Below, in pieces: positions 15,480 to 29,074 of a stretch of 64,000 nucleotides of DNA. A program made the position numbers and the translations under genes. The stretch is from the human T2T-CHM13v2.0 reference genome, Homo sapiens. Numbering within the stretch: the stretch's first letter is position 1; each line of letters begins with the position of its first letter. The notes beneath the pieces were generated by a model, which worked only from the letters and a program-made list of their open reading frames with translations, did not search any database and had not been told where the DNA came from. The DNA is taken from assembly GCF_009914755.1 (NCBI RefSeq), contig NC_060927.1. One strand, 5' to 3'.

Positions 15480-15960
15480 ACTTATTTTTGTGTGATATAT
15501 CTCATTATGCTGTTATGCATTTTAAATCAATGCCAATTTTCAAAGTCTGTTCACATGCCTTACGTACCTCTTCATTGCTTTTGAATGCTGTGTCCTATTT
15601 CGTGTATTGATCCATCCCATTCTTACCCATTCCCCACAGGGAGACACTTTGTTTGTCCTGATGAATTTTGCAAATTTAGTGAATTTGTTTGTTGCCGAAT
15701 GTCACCAAAATGTGCTCCATCACTTCCTAGGATGACTCTACTGTTGCTCTGCACCATCTCTGTTTGAACATCAAGAGTCATATGAGCTTACCAAAGATTC
15801 TCATTGCCTCGTATCCTAATGTTGTCCAACCCAGTGGGTATGAAATGGTAACTCACTGTTTTACCTTGCCTTTCTCTTGTTGCTGGTGATGTTGAGCATC
15901 ATTTTACACCTTTAACCACTGGATTTTCCTCTCCTGGATATTGCCTGTTCCAATTTGTTC
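15480..15960 (-). mobile_element. Old L1 (L1M/ME) fragment
   Basis: gtgggtatgaaatggtaactcactgtttt..tgatgttgagcatc..ttgcctgttc. Confidence 0.6.
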
Positions 15961-16179
15961 CTGTTCCTTTCCTTTCTATGCTGGTAGTGACTGTGTTTTC
16001 TTAATTATGTTTAAGAAATTGAGAGTGAAGCCAGCCTTGTAGTACCTGGTGCAGGCTTTGTGTCTGTGAGATAACTCCCGAGGCTCCTCCTAGAATTTCT
16101 TTTTGTCTTTTAACAATCCAAGGCTGTCATTTTCCCTATGCTGTTGATTCCCACCTGCTTTCCCCACAGAACCCCCTGC

Positions 16180-16765
16180 CTCTGTTCGGTGCAGCCAGGA
16201 GGAAATCTGAGCAAGCCCCAGACGGTCCCTGCTTTGATTAAAACTGTCAGGGGCTTCCCTTGGCACTTAGGTGGAAGGCCTGAATCTTTGCCAGGTCTCA
16301 GCCCCACCTCCCATGATTCAATTCTTGACTCTGGTTGTCCCCCATTCTTTATGTTCTGGCCACAGAAGACCTCTGCCTTATTCTTCCAGCACCTTCTCTG
16401 GGCTCAGCACCTCTTATTCCCTCTGCTGCTCCTGTTGTCCTCTCTGCATCCTCTTTCACCTGGATAACGTCTACTCTTCCAGTTTCTCATAGTGTCTTTA
16501 GGAAAGCCCCTCTTGACCTTCATACTCCTCTCTCCTATGACAACCTCTATTTCCTTCTTTCAAACCCTTTCAATACTTATGAACTGATACTTAATACATT
16601 TTTGGTTTCAAGACAAAGAGGGGAAGGGGGCAGAGACATTTCCCTTGTGAACTTCGTAATCATGAGGTCAGTACCTGTGCCTTTGTTTCTCCTTACTGTA
16701 TTTTAAGTGTCTGGCCAGGCACCAGAGACATAGAAGTCCAATTAATATTTGTTGAGAGTGGGATA
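16180..16765 (+). mobile_element. L2 fragment
   Basis: gcagccagg..ttaaaac..ggcttccc..ggcagagac..aatatttgttga (L2 3' end). Confidence 0.6.
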
Positions 16766-16999
16766 AAAGAGTAGGCAAATTAAATGCTAATTCCATCACT
16801 TTGGCTTCCTATGTTATTTTTACTAAATATTTGAACCTATTTTTCCATTTGGGACTACTTTTGATTCTGCTTTTCACATTCACTATGAAAATACATTTAA
16901 TTGCATTTTTCTTGTTGATTGAATAAATATACTTAAATACATATCTTTCTGTTAATATTGTCTACAAGTGTATTTTTAATAGGGGATGTATTTTACATG

Positions 17000-17430
17000 T
17001 CATTACCTTAAATGTCATTATATACCATGCTGCTGCGTCATGGTTTGTATGATTGTTTCCCCATTTTGAAGCATTGTTTTCAATTTCATTATTTTATAAT
17101 GAAATGTAATATTTCTTGGTATAAATTAATTTCTTTTTTCCCCAAGTTACTTCTTTGAAATTACTGCGTTTGAACAGCTCTTATTAAAGGCTGCTAGATC
17201 ATTTAAAGAAAGATTGAAGTTGGTTTCATTGCCAGCAGTGTGTACCTGTTTATCTAGAGCTCTACCAAAAATTGAATTTTATAATTTCATTGTATTTTAA
17301 TAGCTGTGAAGTGTAACTTTAAAGTTGTTTCAATTTGCATTTCTTTCACTCCTGGTAAATCTGTGTATTTTTCACCAGGATGATTTACGCCCCCAATTTC
17401 TTCTATTTTAATTGTCAGTGTGCATCATTT
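17000..17430 (-). mobile_element. Old L1ME-like fragment
   Basis: ttgttttcaattt..gccagcagtgtgta..gttgtttcaatttgcatttcttt. Confidence 0.5.
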
Positions 17431-18470
17431 GATGTCCTTCTAATGTAATTAAATCTTTTCTTTTTGTGAGTGGTGTAAGGAGCGAGTCCTCAGGATCTTA
17501 TCTAGCTGCCTTCTATTTTTATGAAGTATTTTTGTAGCCTCATAGGATTTCCTTCTAAGAGTATTCCTTGGTACTCTTAGAAAATGCGCAACAGTATAGT
17601 CAGCTTTAGAAATACCCCTTCTTTATATATAATTTCCATGGGAATGTAGTTATGGCCCCTTACCACTATTAAGACCAAAACAGTCAGCAAACAAAACAAT
17701 AACTCTTCTATTTACTTGGGTGAGAACTAGCCCACTGAGAAGGTAGGAGGAATTTGCATAATGAAGAGGGTGTTTTCTTGGTTCCCTTTTAAATTTAAAA
17801 ATTACTCATGGATTTGCATTCTGTAGTGTCTCAGCATCATTTAGAATTAGGCTTTGCTTACTGAAGTCAAACTGCAAAGCTTCACTTATGTATGACTTAA
17901 TTACCCTTTAATGTTAAAAAGAGGAAAAAGTAAAGAAAAAAAATCCTTTGGAATTGGTCATCATGATTGATTTTTGTGCTCAGAAGACCGACAGTCTTTT
18001 CTAAAAGTTGTATAGCTGTTTTTTGATCTTTTGCCTTTTTGTTTGATATTCTTGAATAATCTGCATAGTTTTGATATTTAATTCCCCTTATTCTTGTCAA
18101 TCGGGACCAAGATTTGGGAGGTTGGCATTTCTTTATTCTCCATGCAGTTAGGAGTTTCTTGTAAAACATTTGAATTATGCAGAGCCTGGAATCATTTTAA
18201 GAGTGGTTTGATGTGGGTATTTTAGTTTACTGGCAGGAAACAGACTCTGGAAACAAGTCATTGATGTTTAGGTTTTATTTTTTTTTCACCATTTTTTAGT
18301 ATTTTTCTTCCAATTTCTTTTTGCTTTACTGGTTTTTCTCATGCTGAAAATAACATGAACAGGTGTATGTGAAGGACTGCAGTGGACAGCTGGGCAGGCT
18401 GCTCACTGTGTGAGAGCACCAGCCAAGGAGACCAATGGCGGCTGCATATCAGAGCAAGGGACACCTTTTC

Positions 18471-18927
<457 letters not shown>

Positions 18928-20357
18928 GAGGGACACCTTTTTCTGATTCATACAGATGCACTCTACGAGTGCATATGTATGTGTATGCACTCATATGGAT
19001 GTGTGGCTTCAGTGGTTGCTCAGAGTTTTCTAGATCTTATATTTCTGTATGAGTTTCTTTACGTCTTTTTGTAACCTTGCTTTTGTGGTCTTCACAAAGG
19101 GATATCCAGTGGTCTGTGCCTTTTATTCCATTGAAAGCATATTCCTTACTAAGTCTGCACCCATGGCTGGATGAGCATTACCTCGTTCATTACACCTGAA
19201 GTGAACATACTTGGTTATGTGACTAATCTCTAAGGGAAATCTCCCCAGCTTTTAGTTTTGTCTGATGCTTTCTTCTCACCAGTGTGAATGTCTGGGTTTC
19301 TAAAGCTGTGTAAACTGAGAGGCGTGGTCTTAGAGAAGAGCTCAGCTCTCAGAGATCGGTCCAAATTTACTAAAGAATCCTATTTTGTTTCAGTGTTATA
19401 ACAAAAGGAAAACCTCCCCCCTTTTCCAGCCTAATTGAGTATACTTCACAGTGGGATCACAAAGGCTCTGGTTTATGTCCCATCTGAGTGGAAACCTTGG
19501 TTCATGGAGTTACTTTTCCTCTCATCTACAGTTCAGTGGTCCTAGAACTGATGTCATGATTAGGTCAACATTAAAGATTCCACTGATCTCTGGCTTTTTG
19601 ACTTCTTTGACCTACGTTTCCTGTTTGGAAAGGGTTAATTACACTTGACTTAAGCGTTTCTTTTTGTGATTCCATGTGGGGTGCTGGAATAAGGTATAAA
19701 GTTGATTAATAGTCTTGGAGCTGGGTCTTCTACTTTAAGACCCAGTTCAAATCTGTGTTCCCCATGGGGACTTTGAATTTCTGCTCCCTGCTCATTTCTA
19801 GAGAAATGTTCCAGAGAAATGTGACTCCCGGCAATATTTGGTAGCTCCTTGCCATCTGGTAGTCATCATTGACTGCGTCTCTTTCCTGCTATGAATACAG
19901 CAGTGTAGGAGGCAGATACTTGCCTATGTCCTTGTTTTCACGTTCCGAGTTTAAGCATCTGAAAGTATTCTTCGTAAATTAGTTAGAACGGTCTTGGCCT
20001 TTATGAATAAACATGCTGTTCTGAAATGATACTAGTTTTCCCCCTTTAGAGTCAAGTACCTTCCTGGTTTCATTAATTCAATCTTCTTCCTAGCTTATTT
20101 CCAAGAAATTACAATATTGACCCATATCGAGGTATAATTACCTCAATATGTAAGTAATTTTAACATGTAGAAACAGGTTAGGAAAGATACACACAAAACA
20201 AATAAATTGTCATGAACTCTCCTTTGATGAGGAGGATGGGCATAGGCAGAGAGGAATACGTGGGCTTTATATGGGATGCATTTTATTTTTCTCCAAATGT
20301 TACCATATTGTTTGAGTCTTTTTAAAGCATATCTATTACATACATAATAATTAAGTG

Positions 20358-20664
<307 letters not shown>

Positions 20665-22059
20665 TTAAGTGGGCAAGATTTTGAAACTTATCTTAAGATA
20701 AATAGCTCTGTCGGTTCTCCATTTCCTTTTCTTTGCATGTTTGGAAGCAGGGCAGTGTTTCTCCCCCTATTTTCCTGTTCTGTGTTTTCTGAATATTTCA
20801 GAACATCTCTCTCACTTCTTTTCTGTTGACTTCAATATGGCAGTGGAGGGGTAGTTGAGCTGAAATCTGATTAATGTAGCAAGAGACGGTGTCAAGTTAG
20901 AGGAAGGCATTGTTGTTCTGTAATTAGAGCCGTGAAATATATCTTATTTGTCATCATCTTATTATTCTTTGGCCTGTTTCTAGAGATCAGCACAATAAAG
21001 TTTGTAAATCCTTGTTCAGAAGCTATAGTTTAAGCCTTGCTGAATGAGGCCTTTTAGGAACATATTTTTTCTTTCTTTCTTCTTTCTATTTTATTTTTTT
21101 GAGAAGTCCAGGAAGTATCTGATTATGTTTCAGATGCTCTATGTAAATGGAAATTAATTCTTCAGCAAGAAGACGCAATCACAGAGGGTAAGATTGGTGT
21201 TTGCAAAGCATCATAATATCACTTGATTTAAAGTCAAATATCTGAACCTGAATACTATAGGAAATCCCAAATAGTGACACTGAGTTTAAGACAGCTTGAG
21301 TTGCATTTTATAACTCCTGGCTGAACAGCACAAATAATTGCAGCCCATTCCTGAATTAATGTGTCTGGGTGTGGGTCACTTTGCACAGATGAGGGAAAAG
21401 TAGTCAAGTAAACTATTCAACTGCTTTTAATTCTTATGCATAAAAATATACAGAGTGCTATTAAATTAGATATGAATCTTACAGCACTTAAATCCCTTAG
21501 CCCAAATGCAGTCAGTTACATTTGCCATGTAAGACATTTTGATTTAAACTTTAGTCAGGAAGCTGAGGAAACAGTCTCCTCTTGAGCCTAAACATTAAAA
21601 GTTGGCTGCATGTTTTTCTTTGTTGGCATTTGTAAATTGAGTTTTTCACAGGATTCTAGACTTATTTTTGGGTGTGTGTGTGTATAGAGCTACACTATTT
21701 AATGAAAATATAGTTTGATTCAGACATAGGGTGGTGTTGAAAATTATTTTAGTAATGAGATTATCATAGTTATAAATTGATTTTGAAAATTCTAATTTTC
21801 GTGTTAGATGGCACCAAAGAGACTATTTTAACCTCCTACTCCCCACCTTGTATGTTTTAAAATAAATGATTTCTAGAGGTTAAGCTGTGACAAAACTGTG
21901 CTGAGAAAAAAAATCTCACTGTCAAATTAGGCACCTTTCTGTGTGTGCTGTAACATGAGATCATGATAATTTAGATTAAAAATGGAGTTTCATAGATGCC
22001 TATTCGATTGTTTCTCTTTAAATCTGTTATTGTTATTATTATATTTATCTTTTAATCAT

Positions 22060-22274
22060 TATATGTTTTTAATTGCTTGCATGTGTTAGGTTTCATACAT
22101 GTTCAAAATCTATTTTATCCTCATAACAGTCATGTAGCATATAGGAGCTATTATGATGTCCATTTTTCAAATGAAGACACTGAGGTATAGGAATATTAAA
22201 TAATTTGTCTTGGGTTAAGCAAACTGGTATATGGTGGCTCCATTTCCATTACAGATCTCAAGCTTTTAATCACT
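22060..22274 (-). mobile_element. MIR
   Basis: atcctcataacag..tccatttttcaaatgaagacactgagg..ttaaataatttg. Confidence 0.75.
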
Positions 22275-22440
22275 CTTGATAAAAATCCTACCCAGTGCCT
22301 TTTTAAGTTTAAACATTATAACATTCTGAAAATGTCAAAATAATAAGTCGAAATTGATGGTGAATGATGCCCATTCTTGTGGATAATTTTTCCTTGCATT
22401 CTGAGCTGTTTTCTTCTGAAGCCTTCGACCTCTCTTCATC

Positions 22441-22870
22441 CTAGCGATGTGGGGACTGGAATGCTACGGAATCAGCTCTACTGGCTGATGGCAGATGCGT
22501 TTTGGGTCAAGGTGGCCGCCAATGCTTTTTGCGTCCCCTGCAGCTGCTGAGACAATATGAATCTGTACGGTGGAGGCCTGCCAAGTTAGACGCTCGGCTC
22601 CTCATTATGCTTTGGGAACTCACACGTTCCACAAACCTCCTGCCCTGCAGTGGCTCACATCAGTGCATTGCTATGTCAGGCTGAATAATTCGCAGCATTT
22701 AGCACTTAAATTGGCTCATTGCAGACAATCCAATTAGAATAAAGTCTATTATCGTTTTGGTACCTTGGAATGAAATGGAGTGTTTAAGCGGTGAACATGC
22801 CACGTTGCCTGGCAGTTGCTCCATGTCTAACTCATATTCGTCTTGCAGGTTCTTTGCGTGTTGCTAAAAT
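22441..22870. promoter_or_regulatory. Candidate conserved enhancer
   Basis: Repeat-free; 15 CpG in 22441-22860; TAAT/ATTA, CCAAT, TGTCA and RFX-like gttgcctggcag motifs. Confidence 0.4.
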
Positions 22871-23040
22871 CACACCCTACCTTAGTGTGAGCCATGTATG
22901 AAGCTCAGTAACATACCTCTCACACAGGCGTTATCTTAATGTGTCAGCATTCAGAGGGTCCTGAGAGCTAGACAAACATGTCTTAAAATCTTGGTTACGT
23001 GTCCTGCTAACAATGGACATTTAATTAAGGTTGCTTTTCA

Positions 23041-23381
<341 letters not shown>

Positions 23382-23767
23382 GAAGAATCCAAGCAGGCAT
23401 TGATAAAGGACGAGGCAAACTAATGAATCATGTAGCTTAGAGATCAGTAAAACAGAAGTTAGAAGAAGCAGTTTATAGAACTCTTGAATTTTTTCCCCTA
23501 TAACTTGGTCAGTGATAAATGAGATGAGGAGGAAAATATGAGGCAAAGGCAGGATGGTGGAGAGAAGTTCCAAGGAAGACACTAATCAAAAAAATACTTG
23601 GATTGAGACCAGGATAGAATGATGGAAATTTTGATGTCAATGTGAAAGTGAGGCATTCTCAGGGGACTAAATCAGAGAGAAACGAGAATTAAGTACAAGT
23701 TGTTCCTAACACATTTATACTCATCAGGCTTATAAATGAGAAAGGAAATCAGTTATTGAATGGGAAA

Positions 23768-23836
23768 TATGTATATATATATATACACACACACAGAGTA
23801 TATGTACATAAGGTGAGTATATGTGTGTGTATGTAT
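23768..23836. repeat. (TA)n(CA)n/(TG)n low-complexity tract
   Basis: tatatatatatatacacacacac..tatgtgtgtgtatg. Confidence 0.8.
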
Positions 23837-24652
23837 TTAATTCTCCTATGATGCATTGTGGTACTCTGAAGATACTGTTGGGTGTTTGAGATACTAATTA
23901 TTCTTTTGGAGCCACATGTAAAAATAAGAATAAGATCGCCCTGTACAAATAGTACTGAGGATAGGAAATAGTATGGAAAAGCTCCTTATATTTAGTAAAA
24001 GCCATACATGTTGTCTAATTATTGTAACTTTAAGCTCAAAAATCACATGGCCAAGAAAGGTGGCAAGGATAGCTTCCTTTACTCCTTTAAGGTTTTGAAA
24101 GGGCTGTATTTGAATTAGATACCACAGGTGGACTGGGGAGCGGTGATGGGAAATGCCCTTACTGTCACTGAATATGGCAGGGATTTAAACCATTTCTCGC
24201 TACCTCTCTCCTTTGTTTTTGTCTGACACAGGTTTTATATTGCCAGCCAACTTATCCTTATTGATTTGTTTTACACTGTGAGTCAAAAGGCTACCTCATT
24301 TCCTGGTGGGAGATCGTGGTTCTGTAAATACTCCTTTATCCCTTTGTAAATGCTGTTAAAGGCTTCTTGAGGAGAATTCGGTGGTTGTGAGGGTGGGACT
24401 AGGCAATCTCTGTAGTCCCTTCCCACAGTGTAGTAGGAGAGTTGGTTTTGCACTTGGTTCCCTGTGCCTAAAATGTTCCCAAAAGTCGGGGCATTGATGC
24501 TTGTAATTCCTGTGATTCCTGCATTCCCAGTCAGAGATCTGAACTAGCATGCTTGGTAAGCATTGCTTTTGAACTGCCAAGGAGTACTGGTTTTTACATG
24601 GAGTCTAGCCATCAGATACCGGCTCATCTCCTGCTTCATTTTCGGTGCTGCG

Positions 24653-25638
24653 TTGAGGTTGGAGATACAGATGTGGTTGGTCATGCACAGTTAAGTAGGG
24701 GAGTGTTTTGGGTCTCTGCAAAGTAAGGATGTGGTAGAAATAGCAATACATCTAGAGAATGATCACATGGTGAGTCTGTTTATTAGCCAACAAATAGAAA
24801 GCAAATCAAAATGCAGACAGTATCCATGTGGTCATCTGCGATGTGTGCATCTCTATGCCTTAGGTGAAATTCCAGGGTCTAAACAGCTTTGTGCCTCCCT
24901 CCACGATGGAGTTTCCTACTTAATGATGAGCATGAATTGGAGGAGGGTTTTGCCCACAGCTGTCACAATCCAGTAGGGGTCACTGGTCCATTTGGGGAGT
25001 GAAGATGGACAAATGGGAATGGTCCTGAGCGGTCCCATTCATCTCCCTAGGGAATCATGGTTGCATCTCGTCATGGGGAGGGTTTTCTGTTTCATGTACC
25101 TCCTCTAAAGGAAGATTTTTTTTTCTCTGATTGATTTATCTGTGGACCTGCTTATCTACTGTTCTACCTAGCCATAGAGTTTTTAAATAAAAAAGTTTCT
25201 GGAATTGCTTAAAAACTTGTTACATGTGCCTTCCCTCACCCTTACCTCTGCAGCTAAGAAGCCTGTCCTTACAAAAGGCGAACAGTCCAGTCGTGGGCAA
25301 GGTTTAAGTAAAAGCAGTCACTAGTAGCTGCTGTCTTCTAATCCTATTGGTTACCCAAGAGAAGAAGAAAAATCATTATATGATGGTATCCAGGATTCCA
25401 GGCACTAGTTAGGAAATTTTCTTGATTTCTTACCCATAACCAGCTACAGAAGTGCTTGTGACATACTATTGTGGAGGAGGAAGATGATCCCTGGTTGAGG
25501 TGTTTTTCTCCATAGGGAGATCCCACATGCCTGCACTCGTCCCCACATCTCAGTTCTAGAACAAACTCTCCCTCACTTGTGAAAGACTCAAAACACTCCC
25601 CTACTTAATACCAACCATATCTGTATCTCCAACCTCAA
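24653..25638. repeat. Long-range inverted repeat (arms 24653-24715 and 25584-25638)
   Basis: ttgaggttggagatacagatRtggttggt..ttaagtaggggagtgttttgRgtct is present once forward and once reverse-complemented. Confidence 0.95.
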
Positions 25639-25784
25639 GACAGTCCAGAGTCTTTCCAGCTCTGTGCCTTCTGGAGACCATGTCTAGAAATGCTCATCAC
25701 TCTCAGGCTCCTCCCAAAATGTCATAGTTTGTACATGAATGAGCATCTACTGAGTGTTCGGATAGTTGTAGTTCTCCATTTTGA

Positions 25785-26102
<318 letters not shown>

Positions 26103-26185
26103 AATACTTTATTTTTTTAGAGCAATTTTAGGTCCACAGCAAAATTGAGAGGAAGGTACAGAGATATTCCTTATGCCCCCTGAGA
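26103..26185 (-). mobile_element. L1MD-like 3'-end stub
   Basis: ttagagcaattttaggtccacagcaaaattgagaggaaggtacagagat. Confidence 0.75.
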
Positions 26186-26479
26186 TACACATATTTTCAT
26201 ATTTTAGCATTTTTTAAATGTATGTGATTTTTAAACATTGATGTACTGTTCATTAAAGAATTGGAAATACTTAAAAAATTTAATGGGACATTTAATAAAA
26301 ATGAATTTTGAGTTGATGGTATCTTAGATTTGGTGAAATATGATGTTTTCCTTTGGTGTCTCCTATTCAATGGTAAGCTTTCTTTCATTGGATACCAGAA
26401 ATCTTGGCTTATAATAGTTACTTTGTGTCTCAGCAAACCGTGAGGGTCTTGTTATAATAAAATTAACAATTAATTACTT

Positions 26480-26572
26480 TCTTTTCTCCTTCCTTCTTGT
26501 CTTCCATCCATCTCCTTCCATCCATCTCCTTCCTTCCTTCCTTCCTTCCTTCCTTCCTTCCTTCCTTCCTTC
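26480..26572. repeat. Polypyrimidine tract with (CCTT)~11 microsatellite
   Basis: Pure CCTT run 26528-26572. Confidence 0.95.
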
Positions 26573-26829
26573 TTACCTATCTACAGCTTAGGGAAAAAGA
26601 TGGGACAGATTACTATTTAGCTTTAGGAAAGTCTTATTTTCTTTTATTTTAATTTAATATTTAAGATATTGGTAAAGATAAATCTTGTTGAAGAGCTGTT
26701 GAAAACAAAATGATGAGAGAATGAGAACATATCGAAGTAAGATGATGACAGAAAGCTGAGATGGAAAATAGCATGCTAAAATCTAGTAGGATAACGGGAT
26801 GGATCTTTAGCCCTTGGTGAGTGACATTA

Positions 26830-27203
26830 CAGGTTAAGCGTCCCTAATCTGAAAATTGGAGCTCCAAAAAACACTTCAAAATGTACGGCTTTTTGGCTGC
26901 CAGCATGGTATCAAAGTGGAAAATCCACACATGACTTCATGTGACGAGTTGCATTCAAAATACAGTCACAACTTTGTTTCAGGCACAAACTTATTAATTA
27001 AAAATATTGTTTAAAATTACCTTCAGACTATATGCATATATAAGGTATATGTGAAAGTTAAATGAATTTCATGTTTAGACTTGGCTCTCACATTTAGACT
27101 CAAGATTTCTAAGATATCTCATTATTTATTTGAAAATATTCCAAAATTTGAAAAAATCCAAAATCTGAAATTTTGGATTTTTTGGAAAAGGTTCCTCAAC
27201 CTC
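26830..27203 (+). mobile_element. Tigger4b (Zombi) TcMar DNA transposon fossil
   Basis: TA|caggttaagcgtccctaatctgaaaa..aagtggaaaatccacac..aaattaccttcag..ctcaacctc|TA. Confidence 0.88.
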
Positions 27204-27707
27204 TACTGGATTCTGTACTTACAGGTTAGGAAATTGTTTTTTTTCTGTAACATCTTTATGTGAAGCAAAAAGCAGAGTTTATGCATATTGAGCTTTATTA
27301 AACCATGCCTTAACATTTGTACATGTCACCTTACTTGAGTTTCCACAACCTCTGTTTAACATAATAAATTAAGCATCCAGATCTGTCTTTAATGTATCAA
27401 GCATGACCCTAGATTTAGTATAAAGGAAGCTCTTCCAGAAATGTAAATTTTACTCAGTTAGTCAACATTTTGCAGCTTGTTGAGTTTCCTTCTGCAGGCA
27501 TATCCTGCTTGTGAGCCCTGTACTTTTAAGTGAATGTGATCTGCCCTGAGGATTCCTTTTCCCCAGCAGTATGCTATTTCTCAGCCAAAAGTACTAAAAT
27601 CACTTCAAGGGACTTGATTCATAGGTAAAATACAATTCACAAGTAATTCTGGAAAGCATTCTTCTCCTGGATATCTGCCCTGCATGTTCACTTAGAAAGG
27701 TCGTTTA

Positions 27708-27860
27708 GTCATTCAACACACATTTCATGAATGTTTGTGCTAAATGCTTGGCATGCAGGCTTCCTGCCTTCAAAAGATGTGCGCTCTGGTTGGGGAGATG
27801 GACAAGAAAGCTGGCAATAGTAGCAGAGATGCACAGGGAGTGACAGGAGCATGTAGGTGC
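27708..27860 (-). mobile_element. L2 3' fragment
   Basis: tcattcaacacacattt..cctgccttcaa..tctggttggggagatggaca. Confidence 0.6.
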
Positions 27861-27877
27861 ATACACTTGTGTAGGAA

Positions 27878-27905
27878 TGTGTCTGTGTGAGTGTGTGTGT
27901 GTGTA
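27878..27905. repeat. Imperfect (TG)n
   Basis: tgtgtctgtgtgagtgtgtgtgtgtgta. Confidence 0.85.
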
Positions 27906-27964
27906 CGCTTGTGCGCGTTTGTTATTGCTGCAGGACCTAAGGGGAATCCTTCTTTGGTACAGAC

Positions 27965-28558
27965 TCAGGAGCCTGCACTTAACTATTTCTTGTCTGGAGC
28001 ATGCTCTCCCTCACCCTCAGCTGTCATATAACTTGCTCCTTAGCTCAGTTCAGGTCTTTTATCTTTTGAGGCAGGCTCTTACTCTGTGGCCCAGGCCGGA
28101 GTACATTGGTGTGATCATGGCTCACTGCAGCCTCGGCTTCCTGGGCTCAGGTGATCGTCCTGCTTCAGCCTCCTGAATAGCTGGGATTACAGGTGCGTGC
28201 CACCATACCTGGCTAATTTTTGTATTTTTGGTAAAGACAGAGTTTAGCCATGTTGCCGAGGCTGGTCTTGAGTTCCAGAACTCAGGTACTCTGCCTGGCT
28301 TGGCCTCGCAAAGTGTTGGGGTTACAAGCGTAAGCCACCATACCCCACCCAAATTAACCTCTTTAAAACATTATTTCTATCCTGCTCTATTCCCTTATGC
28401 CCCACTACGCCTTGAATTTTCTTCATAAAGATTATCCCCACTAGGTATTGTATCATTGTTGTCTCACACTCTCCAATAGAATTTAACTCTTTTTACCCTG
28501 TTCTTTTCCCACTGCCTAGAGCTTAGTAGGTACTGATTAAAATGTATTAAGTTAATGC
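27965..28558 (+). mobile_element. L2 fragment interrupted by AluJ
   Basis: tctggagcatgctctccc..ttcaggtct | ..ccactgcctagagcttagtaggtact..aaatgtattaagttaatg. Confidence 0.5.
28057..28350 (-). mobile_element. AluJ
   Basis: gatcatggctcactgcagcctcggcttcctgggctcag; both arms. Confidence 0.92.
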
Positions 28559-28801
28559 TGTGACATACCAGCTCTGACTTTTCCATAATTTGAGCCCATT
28601 AACTATTGTGTCTTCCCCAAACTTCACAAAATTAATCATTATTTTGCACGTGTGTCAGTGGAGACCCTGAGCTGTGTGAAAATAAGCGATGGCTTTAGAA
28701 AAGTGCTAAGAATTGATTTAACCGTACATCATATTTGCTGTTCCTATGCATATCTTTACTTGCTCCGTGAAATCGCCAGCGTTTTCCCAAAAGCAGACAC
28801 T

Positions 28802-29074
28802 CTTTTTTTATTTTTTATTTTTATTATTATTATACTTCAAGTTTTAGGGTACATGTGCACAACGAGCAGGTTTGTTACATACGTATACATGTGCCATGCT
28901 GGTGTGCTGCACCCATTAACTCGTCATTTAGCATTAGGTATATCTCCTAATGCCAACCCTTCCCCTCCCCCCACCCCACAACAGCCCCCGGTGTGTGATG
29001 TTCCCCTTCCTGTCTCCATGTGTTCTCATTGTTCAGTTCCCACCTATGAGCGAGAACAGTTCCCACCTATGAGC
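28802..29074 (-). mobile_element. L1PA (PA3-PA5-like) 3'-end fragment
   Basis: ttatacttcaagttttagggtacatgtgcacaac..acccattaactcgtcatttagcattaggtatatctcctaatgc. Confidence 0.95.

Noticed and set aside
24923-25028. C/D snoRNA-like ATGATGA..CTGA inside the inverted-repeat loop
   Set aside because: No terminal stem, no clear C'/D' boxes and no recognisable rRNA/snRNA guide
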